A DNA stretch of 60,075 bases, counting the filler. It is 6 parts of 6 records of this genome, joined end to end, with 100 filler letters (N's around TTAATTAATTAA, not from the genome) between each part and the next. Parts side by side here need not be neighbours in the genome. Positions count along the whole stretch, not along the records: positions 24,068 to 43,556 come from SRR31147125_1242; 5 more parts are not named here. One strand, given 5' to 3'. Within the stretch, counting starts at the first letter, position 1. Each line of letters begins with the position of its first letter. The position numbers and the translations under genes were made by a program. Positions 30,433 through 40,154 of the stretch are shown here, piece after piece. Below the pieces are notes generated by a model. It saw nothing but the letters and a program-made list of their open reading frames with translations, searched no databases and was not told the DNA's origin.

Positions 30433-31113
30433 TTATTTACTATTTTGTTCTAATTTACCATCTCTAAGCAGATAAGTTTTGCTCATTTTTCCAGCCAGGT
30501 CAAGGGAGTGGGTCACGACAACGAGCGTTACACTCTCTTCCCTGTTCAATTGTACCAAAAGATCGGATAAATTCTCCGAAGAGGCAGAATCGAGAGAACC
30601 GGTAGGTTCATCCGCTAAAATTAGTTTTGGTTGATTAATAAGAGCCCGGACAACTGCTACACGCTGCTGCTCTCCACCGGAAAGTTGCGCTGGCCGGTGG
30701 TCCAGATGGCCATCCAGGCCAACCCGATGCAATAGTTCTTTTGCACGGTCAGTCTGATCCTCCGACATTTTAATCGGTAGAGTTGGAATGAGGACGTTTT
30801 CAAGCACAGAAAGCTGCGGCAATAAATGATGAAGTTGAAAAACAAAACCGATCTCCCGGTTACGGAGTACTGCCAGTTCATTATCGTTCATACTGGACAG
30901 GTCACGTGAATCAAAAAACACAGTGCCGGATAAAGGCCGGTCAAGAGCCCCGATAATATTCAACAAAGTACTTTTCCCGGAACCAGAGGGGCCGACAATG
31001 GCTACAGACTCGCCTTTGTCTATGTGTAAATCCAGTCCGTTCAGGACTGTCCTGGCAGGTCCACCAGCAGGGGAATCAAAATGTTTATATATGTTTTCTA
31101 ATTCTATTAGCAT
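30433..31113 (-). CDS. ABC ATP-binding protein, LolD/MacB-like
   Basis: [35 protein letters not shown]. Confidence 0.93.
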   Translation of the reverse strand: MLIELENIYKHFDSPAGGPARTVLNGLDLHIDKGESVAIVGPSGSGKSTLLNIIGALDRPLSGTVFFDSRDLSSMNDNELAVLRNREIGFVFQLHHLLPQLSVLENVLIPTLPIKMSEDQTDRAKELLHRVGLDGHLDHRPAQLSGGEQQRVAVVRALINQPKLILADEPTGSLDSASSENLSDLLVQLNREESVTLVVVTHSLDLAGKMSKTYLLRDGKLEQNSK

Positions 31114-31156
31114 GTTTGACTCGATCTTAAAAAATCAAATTCGTAGTTTTAACTAT

Positions 31157-32410
31157 TTAATTTTCGATACGATATAAATGTGTTTTCGTCCGTAAAATTA
31201 AAGACTTTTCTTTAATAATTGGCGAAGCCATCATGCCACTATCCAATCTATTATGGGCAATTTTTTCAAATACAGGTCCAGCTTTTAAAACATATCCATC
31301 GCCTTTGTTATTGCAAAAGTATAGTTTTCCCTCAGAATATATGGGGGACGGGCCGAACTCACCCTTTCCCGCTCTTTCAACCCAAACGAATTTACCTGTT
31401 TTCACATTGATACAAGAAAAGGTACCACGGGCATCTGCCATGTAAATAAAGCCATCCACAAAAATAGGTGATCCCATATTAGGGACATTTTTATCGACCT
31501 TCCAAAGGACGTGTGTTTTAGTCACATCACCGATTCCGGTTGGATTAACAGCCCATAGTTCCGAAGAAGGCCGATCAAATCCGGTATTCAAGTATAACAA
31601 GCCGTTCCCGTAAATGGCTCTGGCAATGGTAGAATCGCCACCATATACGACTCGCCATATTTCCTTTCCGGTATACGGATCATAGGCGATACACAGTTGG
31701 GCACCATTGCTGATAAGTTGAGGTTTTCCATTCACCTGCACAATAATGGGCGTGATGTAAGCTTTGCGGTAAACAGGCGGCCCCTGATACAGATTCGCTG
31801 GGCGATCGGTTTTCCAGATGGTTTTGCCGCTGCCTTTATCCAACGCAATGACGTATTGAACATCCGTACCTTCAATGTGCAAAATCAGCATGTCTTTAAA
31901 AATAAAAGGCGAGGATGCCGGACCTTGCATGTGATCACAATTCAAATCGGTCCGTGTCCAAATCACTTTTCCCGTTTGGGTATCGAGACACGCTGTTCCA
32001 GCTGTGCCGTAGTGAACGTAAATCCTGCCTTTTTCTATAACTGCTGAAGGAGTTGCATAACTGTTCTGTGAATGTTTCTTTTGTGGTTGATCGACTTTAA
32101 ATATTTTTCTATCGTGAATAATTTTTCCAGTTTGGAAATCAACACAAACGGCAAAAAGCTCATCGCCCGTATCAGTTGCTGTTGTCATCCAGACCTGATT
32201 ATCCCAGATAACCGGCGTTGACCAGCCTTTATCATGTATTGCGGTTTTCCAGACAATGTTTTCCGTTTCGCTCCATTTTACAGGCAAACCCTTTGCGGAT
32301 GTCATCCCATCGCAGTTGGGACCTCGCCAGTCCGGCCAATTGTCTGCGGGCAAAACAGTTCCTGCTAATAAAAATGTAAATGCTATGAAGAATGTTTTCA
32401 TGTTATTCAA
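31157..32410 (-). CDS. secreted PQQ-like beta-propeller protein
   Basis: Signal peptide, NWPDWRGP, repeated Trp-docking blades, SP motifs. Confidence 0.85.
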   Translation of the reverse strand: MNNMKTFFIAFTFLLAGTVLPADNWPDWRGPNCDGMTSAKGLPVKWSETENIVWKTAIHDKGWSTPVIWDNQVWMTTATDTGDELFAVCVDFQTGKIIHDRKIFKVDQPQKKHSQNSYATPSAVIEKGRIYVHYGTAGTACLDTQTGKVIWTRTDLNCDHMQGPASSPFIFKDMLILHIEGTDVQYVIALDKGSGKTIWKTDRPANLYQGPPVYRKAYITPIIVQVNGKPQLISNGAQLCIAYDPYTGKEIWRVVYGGDSTIARAIYGNGLLYLNTGFDRPSSELWAVNPTGIGDVTKTHVLWKVDKNVPNMGSPIFVDGFIYMADARGTFSCINVKTGKFVWVERAGKGEFGPSPIYSEGKLYFCNNKGDGYVLKAGPVFEKIAHNRLDSGMMASPIIKEKSLILRTKTHLYRIEN

Positions 32411-32411
32411 T

Positions 32412-33638
32412 TTAATTCCCTATGCATATCAAGTTAGAAAACGTTCTCAGATACAAATTGCCGTCTGATAAAATTGGTGTTGCATGCGAGCCTTCACTCA
32501 GTTGATTTACTGCCAATAACTTGTAAGATCTATTGGCTTTTATCACCACAACAGCGCCATCACGGTCCTGACAGTATAAATTTCCGTTCACTAAAATTGG
32601 TGATCCATAATAATCTCCAGCTGGATTTTCCCGCCACAACATTTTTCCGTTCGACGCTTCATGGCATGAGATGGATCCATTATCCGTGAAATTAAAAATC
32701 AGACCATCCACATAAACAGGACTTGACACATAAGGCGAATATTTTTTCTTTAATTCGTAAGCAACGGAAGCTTTTGAATTACCGCCCGGATGAATAGCAA
32801 ATAAACCGCTTTTGACGGTGCCGATCAACAAATCTCCGGCGATAATTGGGGAAGCAATTGCCCTGGCCTCAAATGGATTAAATTCCCAATCAACTTTGCC
32901 ACTTGCCGGATTAACAGCAGTAAAACCATGGGCTTCACTGGTAAATAAAAGATATTTTTTACCATTTTGCTCGATAATACATGGCGTTGATTGCGAATTA
33001 CTTTTTGCCATTTCCCTTTTCAAATCCCACACCGTTTGGCCTGTTTTCTTATCAAGAGCGATCCATGAATTTGGCAACGTACTATTAACAGCAGCTTCCT
33101 GTTCATGGGAAAATATAACCATACCATCTACAACAATTGGTGATGTTCCTGAACCATGCCTGGTAAGCACACCTTCCAAATCACGTGTCCATGCGGGATT
33201 TCCAGAATGACTGAATGCGACCATTGTGGTTTTCTCTTCCGAAAACCATAAGGAATAAACATGTTCAGAATCCACAGCAGGTGTTGGGGAAGCATATGTA
33301 TTTTTGTTATTAATTTTATACGGCTTTATTTTGAATTCTTTTTGCCATGTGATTTTACCGGTTTCTGCATTAATGGCCAGCAAATATCCGATATTTTTAT
33401 CCTCATCCGCCGAAGTTACATAGACATTATCTTGCCACTTAACCGGGCTTGAATGTCCCTTTCCCGGCAAAGTTATTTTCCATTTATAGTTATTTTCGCT
33501 CCATTTAACCGGGATGTCCTGGTCAGGATAAAGACCTTGACCGTTTGGACCGCGAAAACGTGTTGCACTCTGGACACTTGTAAAAAGGAACAATATGAAT
33601 AGTGAAAAAAGCGACATATATTTGGTTTGTTTATTCAT
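32412..33638 (-). CDS. secreted PQQ-like beta-propeller protein
   Basis: Signal peptide, FRGPNG, GHSSPV, repeated A..G...W blades. Confidence 0.85.
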   Translation of the reverse strand: MNKQTKYMSLFSLFILFLFTSVQSATRFRGPNGQGLYPDQDIPVKWSENNYKWKITLPGKGHSSPVKWQDNVYVTSADEDKNIGYLLAINAETGKITWQKEFKIKPYKINNKNTYASPTPAVDSEHVYSLWFSEEKTTMVAFSHSGNPAWTRDLEGVLTRHGSGTSPIVVDGMVIFSHEQEAAVNSTLPNSWIALDKKTGQTVWDLKREMAKSNSQSTPCIIEQNGKKYLLFTSEAHGFTAVNPASGKVDWEFNPFEARAIASPIIAGDLLIGTVKSGLFAIHPGGNSKASVAYELKKKYSPYVSSPVYVDGLIFNFTDNGSISCHEASNGKMLWRENPAGDYYGSPILVNGNLYCQDRDGAVVVIKANRSYKLLAVNQLSEGSHATPILSDGNLYLRTFSNLICIGN

Positions 33639-34925
33639 CTATAGTGCCTTCTGGTATGCCGAAATAATCTGCTCCGCCATTCGTTGCATTGATAACTTTT
33701 CCAGAACAACTTTTCGTCCGGTTTTACCCATTGATTTTATTTTATCGGGATTTTTAAGCAATGATTCAAATGCGCTAGCAAGGTGATCACCACTGTTCGG
33801 CTCATAGATCGTACCACCACCGGTCAATTCAATAAATTCAGGATAACCACCGATGTTCGGTTGAACAATTGGGACGCCCGCTGCGAGAGCCTCCACCTGG
33901 TAAGCGCCAAATGCTTCACCCACAAGCACCGGCACCGAAAGCAAAGTCAGTTTTTTCAGAAATTCAATTCTATTTGTTTTGTCAAAGTGTTCACGTATTT
34001 CTACATCTTTTTTAAAACCTGCCTTTTCAATTTTGCTAATCATTTTATTTACAAACGTCTTGTCATCCCCGGTGTAACCACCGGTTAAAAATAGTTTCGT
34101 ATTCTTGAATTCAGTTTCCTTTTTTAATTTAATAAAGGCATCCACAACGACGCCCAATCCAAAATACTCGTTCATACGGCACAAATAGCCAATGGCCGGG
34201 GGATCCATTGGTAAGCTTGAAGGTTCATATCCATTTAAATCAATGCCGCCATAAATAACGTGCACTTTTTCAGGAGGCAAACCCATTTGTTTAATAGACT
34301 TGTCCGCATAAAACCTGCTGGCAGCGATAAATGCATCCACATCTTTAGCTCGATCTCCCATAAGGCTCCAGACTTTTTTATGGTATTCCGGTCTCATGGG
34401 ATCAATCCACTCATTTTCATCCTGTAAAGAACAGATCACAGCAGCACCCAAATCATGTTTCAACTTTCGGGCTAGACCCAGTAATAGCGCATTGGAGAGA
34501 TGCACAATATCCGGTTGTATGTGTTCTTTTAGATACTGCACCATGTGCTCAAGCTCACTCGCCTGACTTCCTTCTTCACCCAATAACGTATTAATTGTCA
34601 TCTCTTCCAAACCGGTTGCCCTAGTTGAACCGGCTTTTTTAGCAGCCATGTGTAGCAAGGATTCAGAATCAAATAAACGCTCTATCCATACAGGAGCATG
34701 GCGATAAATGGGAATTTTTTCTTTTAGATAGACATTAATTGCACCATAAAAAACAGGAGTGTCACCCATAAGCCCGTGAACATCCACATTAAGCGGTAAA
34801 TACATTGGGACCATCACCACATCGTGGCCCTTGGCTTTTAATGATTCAATAAGCTGATTGTCCCGCATACAGTTCTGGCAATAAAATGTTCCACCGGAAC
34901 CAGGTATAATATGTACAATTTTCAT
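33639..34925 (-). CDS. glycosyltransferase family 4 with N-terminal CxxC
   Basis: True start likely MKIVHIIPGSGGTFYCQNCMRD (ATG 34925, overlaps the upstream stop); EX7E motif EAFGAYQVE. Confidence 0.85.
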   Translation of the reverse strand: MKIVHIIPGSGGTFYCQNCMRDNQLIESLKAKGHDVVMVPMYLPLNVDVHGLMGDTPVFYGAINVYLKEKIPIYRHAPVWIERLFDSESLLHMAAKKAGSTRATGLEEMTINTLLGEEGSQASELEHMVQYLKEHIQPDIVHLSNALLLGLARKLKHDLGAAVICSLQDENEWIDPMRPEYHKKVWSLMGDRAKDVDAFIAASRFYADKSIKQMGLPPEKVHVIYGGIDLNGYEPSSLPMDPPAIGYLCRMNEYFGLGVVVDAFIKLKKETEFKNTKLFLTGGYTGDDKTFVNKMISKIEKAGFKKDVEIREHFDKTNRIEFLKKLTLLSVPVLVGEAFGAYQVEALAAGVPIVQPNIGGYPEFIELTGGGTIYEPNSGDHLASAFESLLKNPDKIKSMGKTGRKVVLEKLSMQRMAEQIISAYQKAL

Positions 34926-36086
34926 AAAGATTCTCCAAATGCATACAAACGTCCGTCTTCTGCTCCGATAAATATTCTTCCACCAGCAACTGCGGGACAT
35001 CCCACAATATCGGCACCGATCTCATAGGACCATAACTGGCTGCCATCTTTCAAACTAAGAATATACAACCGCCCATCTGTAGAACCGACCACGACTTTAT
35101 TTTGACAGATCACAGGAGAGCTGTCCACGTCATCACGGGTCTGAAAAGTCCAGAGCTTCTGTCCGGTTTTTCGATCTACGCAATGAACAAGCTTGTCCCG
35201 GGAACCAATAACAACCACGTTCTCATTAACAGCCGGAGTTGCGAAAAACGCACCCGCTTCACCGCCATTATCGTATTCCCAAACAGTTTCTTTTTTTCAA
35301 TATCAATGCACAACAAGGCTTCCCCATAATGCCCTAAATACGCCAAACCGCCGACCAACGCAGCAGACCCGGCAATGTAAGAGCCCACATCCACTTTTGT
35401 CACTTCCTTTCCGTTGCTAACTGTTACGATATGCAACTGTTCATCACATCCACCGAAGACTGTGTATGTGTCGTCTGTGGCAGGTGCGCCATTGATATAA
35501 TTTTCAGTTTCAACAGCCCACTTTTTTCTCCTGTTTTCGAATCAAAACAGTAAACAAAAAAATCATAACTGCCAACAATGATCCATTTCTCAGCTCCATT
35601 TGGGGTTGTAACCCAGTTTGCGGACCCATAAAATTCATCCTCGGATTCAAAAGTCCAGATTTTCTGGCCGGATTTGGCATCCAGCGCATAAAACATGCCA
35701 TTAAGCGAGCCCACATAAACGATACCGTCCAAAAGCATTGGGGGAGCTTCCACATCGTCTCCGGTTTCGAACCGCCAGATTTCAGAGCCATCCTCAATTT
35801 TTAGAGCATACAAATTTCCATCTGTGGAGCCAATATAAATAATGCCATTGCCTATCACCGGCGACGACTTTATCTCATATTCGGTTGTAAAAGACCAGAG
35901 TAATTTGAGTTTATCAGGCAAAGGATCGGTTGCAACACCGGACAAATTATTATCCCCACGATAATTTGGCCAGGAGATTTCATCTAAGGATTGTAGAGTT
36001 GTCGTCTTGTGATCGGGTTTGGTGCAGGACAAAACCGTTAATGTAAGAACTAAACTTGCGGTAAAATTTTTAATATATTTCTTCAT
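34922..36086 (-). CDS. PQQ-like/BamB-type beta-propeller lipoprotein (apparent frameshifts at 35522-35527 and 35291-35297)
   Basis: Lipobox VLSC, WPNYRGD, repeated SSP...VGS.DG.LY.L....G...W blades continuing across three ORF pieces that join with one added base each. Confidence 0.82.
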
Positions 36087-36156
36087 ATAGCCGTTATTAT
36101 AATTAAATGTGTTTATATTTGATACTGAAATAAGAAAAATTCTTCAAATGAATAAA

Positions 36157-37731
36157 TTACTCATCGATATGTTTAAGTGATATCGCGGCTGTAGGACATA
36201 CATCGGCACATTCCCGTGCAACCTTTTCCAATCCTTGCTCCAACGCTTCGTTAAAAGGAATAACAATTCTTACATCAAATCCACGATTGATAAATGTAAA
36301 GCCGAATTTTTCAGCAGCCCTTTCTGTAATCTGGACACAAAGACCGCATTTAATACATTTGCCGGATTCAAACACGACCAAATCATGTTGGACTTGCCGT
36401 TCAAAGGGATTTCTTTTACCAACTTTGAATTTGCTCTGATTGGCGTTATATTCCTCAGAATAGATGCGAAGTTTGCAGGATTCTTGTTTTCGGCAATCAC
36501 AGTGGAAACAGCGAAATGCTTCCCGGACTGACTCATCCTCGGTAAAACCGCCTGCAAATCCACTTTTTGGTCCAACCTGCGGAAAATCTTGTGCTTCTTT
36601 TAAAAACTCTTTTTCTTCGTTCTGCTGCATCCGTCCCATAATCGAATTAAATCGCTGTGGCCGACCAACTATCTCCTGGTCGCCCAGGTACTGGTCCGCA
36701 GAAATGGCCATGGTTTTACCATGCCCGATGGATCGAATAGCCATCTGGCTTTGGGAAACAAGACTTCCCCCGGCAAAAATACCCTTGATATTCGTAGCCA
36801 ATGTCTTTCGGTCAACCTTCAGTCCTTTGGGCGTACTTGTGAGCTCAGTTTCACTGTAGAGTTCAGTGTTAATAGCGCCGGTGGCTAAAATAATGACATT
36901 AAAGCTTGAGTTTAAATCTTTAAGTGAATAATCCCGGCCAAGTGATTTGCCAAACTCGAATCTGATATTCAACTTTTCAACAAGTGAGATTTCATTTCTT
37001 AATACATCTTTGGACAGCTTTTCATCTGGAACCGCATAGAGTAAATTACCGCCAGCCTGTTCGTTTTTGTCAAAGACCGTAACCGCATGACCCATTTGTC
37101 TTAAATAATAAGCAGCAGAAAGACCAGCAGGACCGGAACCGACAATTGCAATGGATTTTCCGCTTTCAGGTATGCACTTCGGCACGTAGGGCGATTCGCT
37201 TTCAAGGTCCATATCGCCAACAATTCTCTTCAACAGGCAAATAGAAACAGGATTGTCGTAACGGTTTCGTGTGCATCCTTTTTCACATGGAGCCGGACAA
37301 ATTCTTCCAAGCACCGAAGGAAAGGGTATATCATTTTTGACTGTGCGGATCGCAGCTTTCCAATCCTTCTGCTGGATTTGGCGGATCATGAGCGGAATAT
37401 CCATCAATGCCGGACAGGTACGAACACACGGTGCTTCGCAATCTCCGACATGCTCGCTTAGCAACAGGTCAAGAGTATCTTTTCGAAATCCCCGAACACG
37501 TTCATTTTCCGTCTCAATCTGCATTCCCTCTGCGACAAGCGCAGAACAGGAAGGTATCAACTTGCCGCTTTGTTTGTCCTCAACAACACAAATCATACAG
37601 GATGTGTTATGGGGATATCCATCCAAATAGCACATAGTGGGAATATCGATCCCCATTTTTTGTGCGGCCTGAAGGATGGTAGTACCAGGAGAAACTGACA
37701 TTTTAGTATTATTTAAAATTAATTCTATCAT
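36157..37731 (-). CDS. [2Fe-2S]/[4Fe-4S]/FAD oxidoreductase subunit (NuoG/HydA N-terminus + GltD-like FAD domain; BfuA-like)
   Basis: IPTMC...SCMIC...SC; HVGDCEAPCVRTCP; ICPAPCEKGC; FAD motif VGSGPAGL; CFHCDC..C; CIKCGLC; CADVCP. Confidence 0.85.
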   Translation of the reverse strand: MIELILNNTKMSVSPGTTILQAAQKMGIDIPTMCYLDGYPHNTSCMICVVEDKQSGKLIPSCSALVAEGMQIETENERVRGFRKDTLDLLLSEHVGDCEAPCVRTCPALMDIPLMIRQIQQKDWKAAIRTVKNDIPFPSVLGRICPAPCEKGCTRNRYDNPVSICLLKRIVGDMDLESESPYVPKCIPESGKSIAIVGSGPAGLSAAYYLRQMGHAVTVFDKNEQAGGNLLYAVPDEKLSKDVLRNEISLVEKLNIRFEFGKSLGRDYSLKDLNSSFNVIILATGAINTELYSETELTSTPKGLKVDRKTLATNIKGIFAGGSLVSQSQMAIRSIGHGKTMAISADQYLGDQEIVGRPQRFNSIMGRMQQNEEKEFLKEAQDFPQVGPKSGFAGGFTEDESVREAFRCFHCDCRKQESCKLRIYSEEYNANQSKFKVGKRNPFERQVQHDLVVFESGKCIKCGLCVQITERAAEKFGFTFINRGFDVRIVIPFNEALEQGLEKVARECADVCPTAAISLKHIDE

Positions 37732-37784
37732 ATGTTATTTCGTTTATCGTTTTACGCAGCTCTCTATTCGCTATTGGTTATTGG

Positions 37785-40154
37785 TTAAATAATTTCCACA
37801 GCACCTATAGGACAGACTTGAAAACAGGTATCACATTTTGTGCAATCGTTCTGGATAATTTCATGCTTCTTATAGGGTGTTAAAGGTATCGCATTGGTAG
37901 GGCATTTTTGAGCACAAATAGTACATCCAATACAATCCTCGGTAATGTGGTATTTAATCAATGCCTCACACTTTTTGGCCGGACACTCACCTTTAATATG
38001 AGCTTCATATTCATGCCGAAAATATTTCAAAGTTGACAGAACCGGATTGGGTGCGGTCTTGCCAAGTCCGCACAAACTCCCGGCTTTGGTTTTTTCAGCT
38101 AATTCCTCCAGCTTTTCCAGATCGCCCTCTTTTCCTTCACCAGTACACAATTTATCCAAAATTTCCAGCATGTGTTTGGTCCCAATGCGACAAAAAGTAC
38201 ACTTGCCGCAGGATTGATCTAAAGTAAAAGTGAGAAAATAACGAGCTATATCGACCATGCAATCTGTCTCGTCCATGACCAGGAGGCCACCGGATCCCAT
38301 CATGGCACCCACGTTGGTAAGGTCTTCAAAATCCACTTTGGTGTGGGCTAACTCAGCTGGAAGACAGCCACCCGAGGGACCACCGATTTGTACGGCTTTG
38401 AAATGCTTTCCGTTTTCAATACCACCTCCAATCTGCTCCACAATTTCCCGGATTGTAATTCCCATGGGAACCTCAACAAGTCCGCCACGGGTAACTTTTC
38501 CCGCTAATGAAAAGACTTTAGTACCTTTGCTAGTATGATTTCCCAATTCAAAAAATTTCTTGGCACCATTTCGGATGATCCATGGAACTGTAGCATATGT
38601 TTCACAATTATTGACTAGAGTAGAATAGCCCCACAATCCTTTTTCAGCAGGAAATGGCGGACGAAAAGTGGGCATACCCCGCTTACCTTCAATAGAGGCT
38701 ATCAGAGCTGTTTCTTCTCCACAAACAAAAGCGCCCGCACCTTCCATAATATTGAGCCGGAGTGAATAATCGCTTCCAAGAACATTATTGCCTAAAATAT
38801 TGGATTTTTCGCATTGATAAATTGCGTGGCGAATTCTTTCTACTGCAAGCGGATATTCAGCACGAATGTAAAGATAACCCTGATGGGCACCAACAGCGTA
38901 CGCACCAATAATCATCCCCTCCAAAACACGGAACGGGTAGGACTCGAGGATCATTCGATCCATAAAAGCACCAGGATCACCCTCATCACCGTTGCAGATG
39001 ACGTACTTGATTTCGTCCTTCGCCTGCCGGGCAATTTCCCATTTTTTTCCGGTTGGGAATCCAGCCCCACCACGACCACGAAGTTCACTGGTTTGAATTT
39101 CTTTTATTACCGCTTCCGGCTGCATTTTTAAAATACGCTCCAGAGCTTTAAAGCCGTCCCGCTTTTTGTATTCATTTATATCCAGCGGATCAAGATCTCC
39201 TGCATGTTCCGTCGTGATATGCATTTGCCGGCCTAAAAATGCTTCGACAATGGGATCACGTGCATGCAAAGCATGACGAGTGAAGCCATTTTCGGCATCC
39301 GGTTCGAGAATTCTTTCGACAACGTTAAGGACTTTGTTACGAAATCGGAGGCCACGATCATTTGGTTCGAAATGTTTTAAAACAATATTTTTAACATCGT
39401 CCGGTTTCACTTTGTCATAAAGAATTGGTTCACCATTTGGCGGTACAACTTCCAAAAGCGGCACCCGGTGGCACATGCCCACACAACCCACTCTTTTGAT
39501 GTGAGTGTGAACACCGGTATCCAAAAGAGTTCGTTCCAGCGCCTGCTGAACATCACCGCTGCCACTGGCAACACAGCAGGAACCGAGACCGATGCGGATT
39601 TCACCTATTTCATCGGAATAATCCTGATGGGCTATATTTTGCTGGTGCACACTTTTTTCACGCAGTAAAAAGTCTTGCAAAACATTGTGGATGCTATCCG
39701 GCTTTACATGGCCAAAAGTAAGATGGTCGATTTGGACAACAGGTGCCAATGTACAGCACCCCAGGCACGCGACCTTTTGGAGTGTAAATTGCCCATCCGG
39801 ATCCGTATCTTCATTTGTGGGAATATGCAGTTCGCGTAGAAATGATTCATAAACAAGTTCGGCACCTTTGACGTGGCAGGCTGTTCCCGAACACACCTGA
39901 ACAACGTGTTCCCCAACCGGTTTGTGGCGAAATTGGGTATAAAATGTGGAAACACCCATAATGGATGCCGGGGTTATATCTGTTTCTTTACAAACATAAC
40001 GCAAAGCGGATTCCGGCAGGTATTTATATTTTTCCTGAATGGCCTGCAAAATTGGAATAACCGCGCTGGATTTCCGTCCATATCTTTCGAGGATTAAATC
40101 GACCTCTTTATTCATGGCCGCATTGACGGTTTGTATATTGTTTAAAACTGCCAT
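37785..40154 (-). CDS. fused NuoE-NuoF / HydC-HydB (BfuC-BfuB) NADH-binding FMN/FeS protein
   Basis: NuoE-like CSGTAC...CLGCC; second thioredoxin-like FeS SCC...CVGMC; RGRGGAGFPTG; CNGDEGDPGAFMDR; CGEETAL; SCGKCTFC; two C-terminal CxxCxxCxxxCP. Confidence 0.92.
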   Translation of the reverse strand: MAVLNNIQTVNAAMNKEVDLILERYGRKSSAVIPILQAIQEKYKYLPESALRYVCKETDITPASIMGVSTFYTQFRHKPVGEHVVQVCSGTACHVKGAELVYESFLRELHIPTNEDTDPDGQFTLQKVACLGCCTLAPVVQIDHLTFGHVKPDSIHNVLQDFLLREKSVHQQNIAHQDYSDEIGEIRIGLGSCCVASGSGDVQQALERTLLDTGVHTHIKRVGCVGMCHRVPLLEVVPPNGEPILYDKVKPDDVKNIVLKHFEPNDRGLRFRNKVLNVVERILEPDAENGFTRHALHARDPIVEAFLGRQMHITTEHAGDLDPLDINEYKKRDGFKALERILKMQPEAVIKEIQTSELRGRGGAGFPTGKKWEIARQAKDEIKYVICNGDEGDPGAFMDRMILESYPFRVLEGMIIGAYAVGAHQGYLYIRAEYPLAVERIRHAIYQCEKSNILGNNVLGSDYSLRLNIMEGAGAFVCGEETALIASIEGKRGMPTFRPPFPAEKGLWGYSTLVNNCETYATVPWIIRNGAKKFFELGNHTSKGTKVFSLAGKVTRGGLVEVPMGITIREIVEQIGGGIENGKHFKAVQIGGPSGGCLPAELAHTKVDFEDLTNVGAMMGSGGLLVMDETDCMVDIARYFLTFTLDQSCGKCTFCRIGTKHMLEILDKLCTGEGKEGDLEKLEELAEKTKAGSLCGLGKTAPNPVLSTLKYFRHEYEAHIKGECPAKKCEALIKYHITEDCIGCTICAQKCPTNAIPLTPYKKHEIIQNDCTKCDTCFQVCPIGAVEII

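Noticed and set aside
36157-40154. Calling these genes respiratory complex I or an [FeFe]-hydrogenase
   Set aside because: No other nuo genes and no H-cluster motifs are present.
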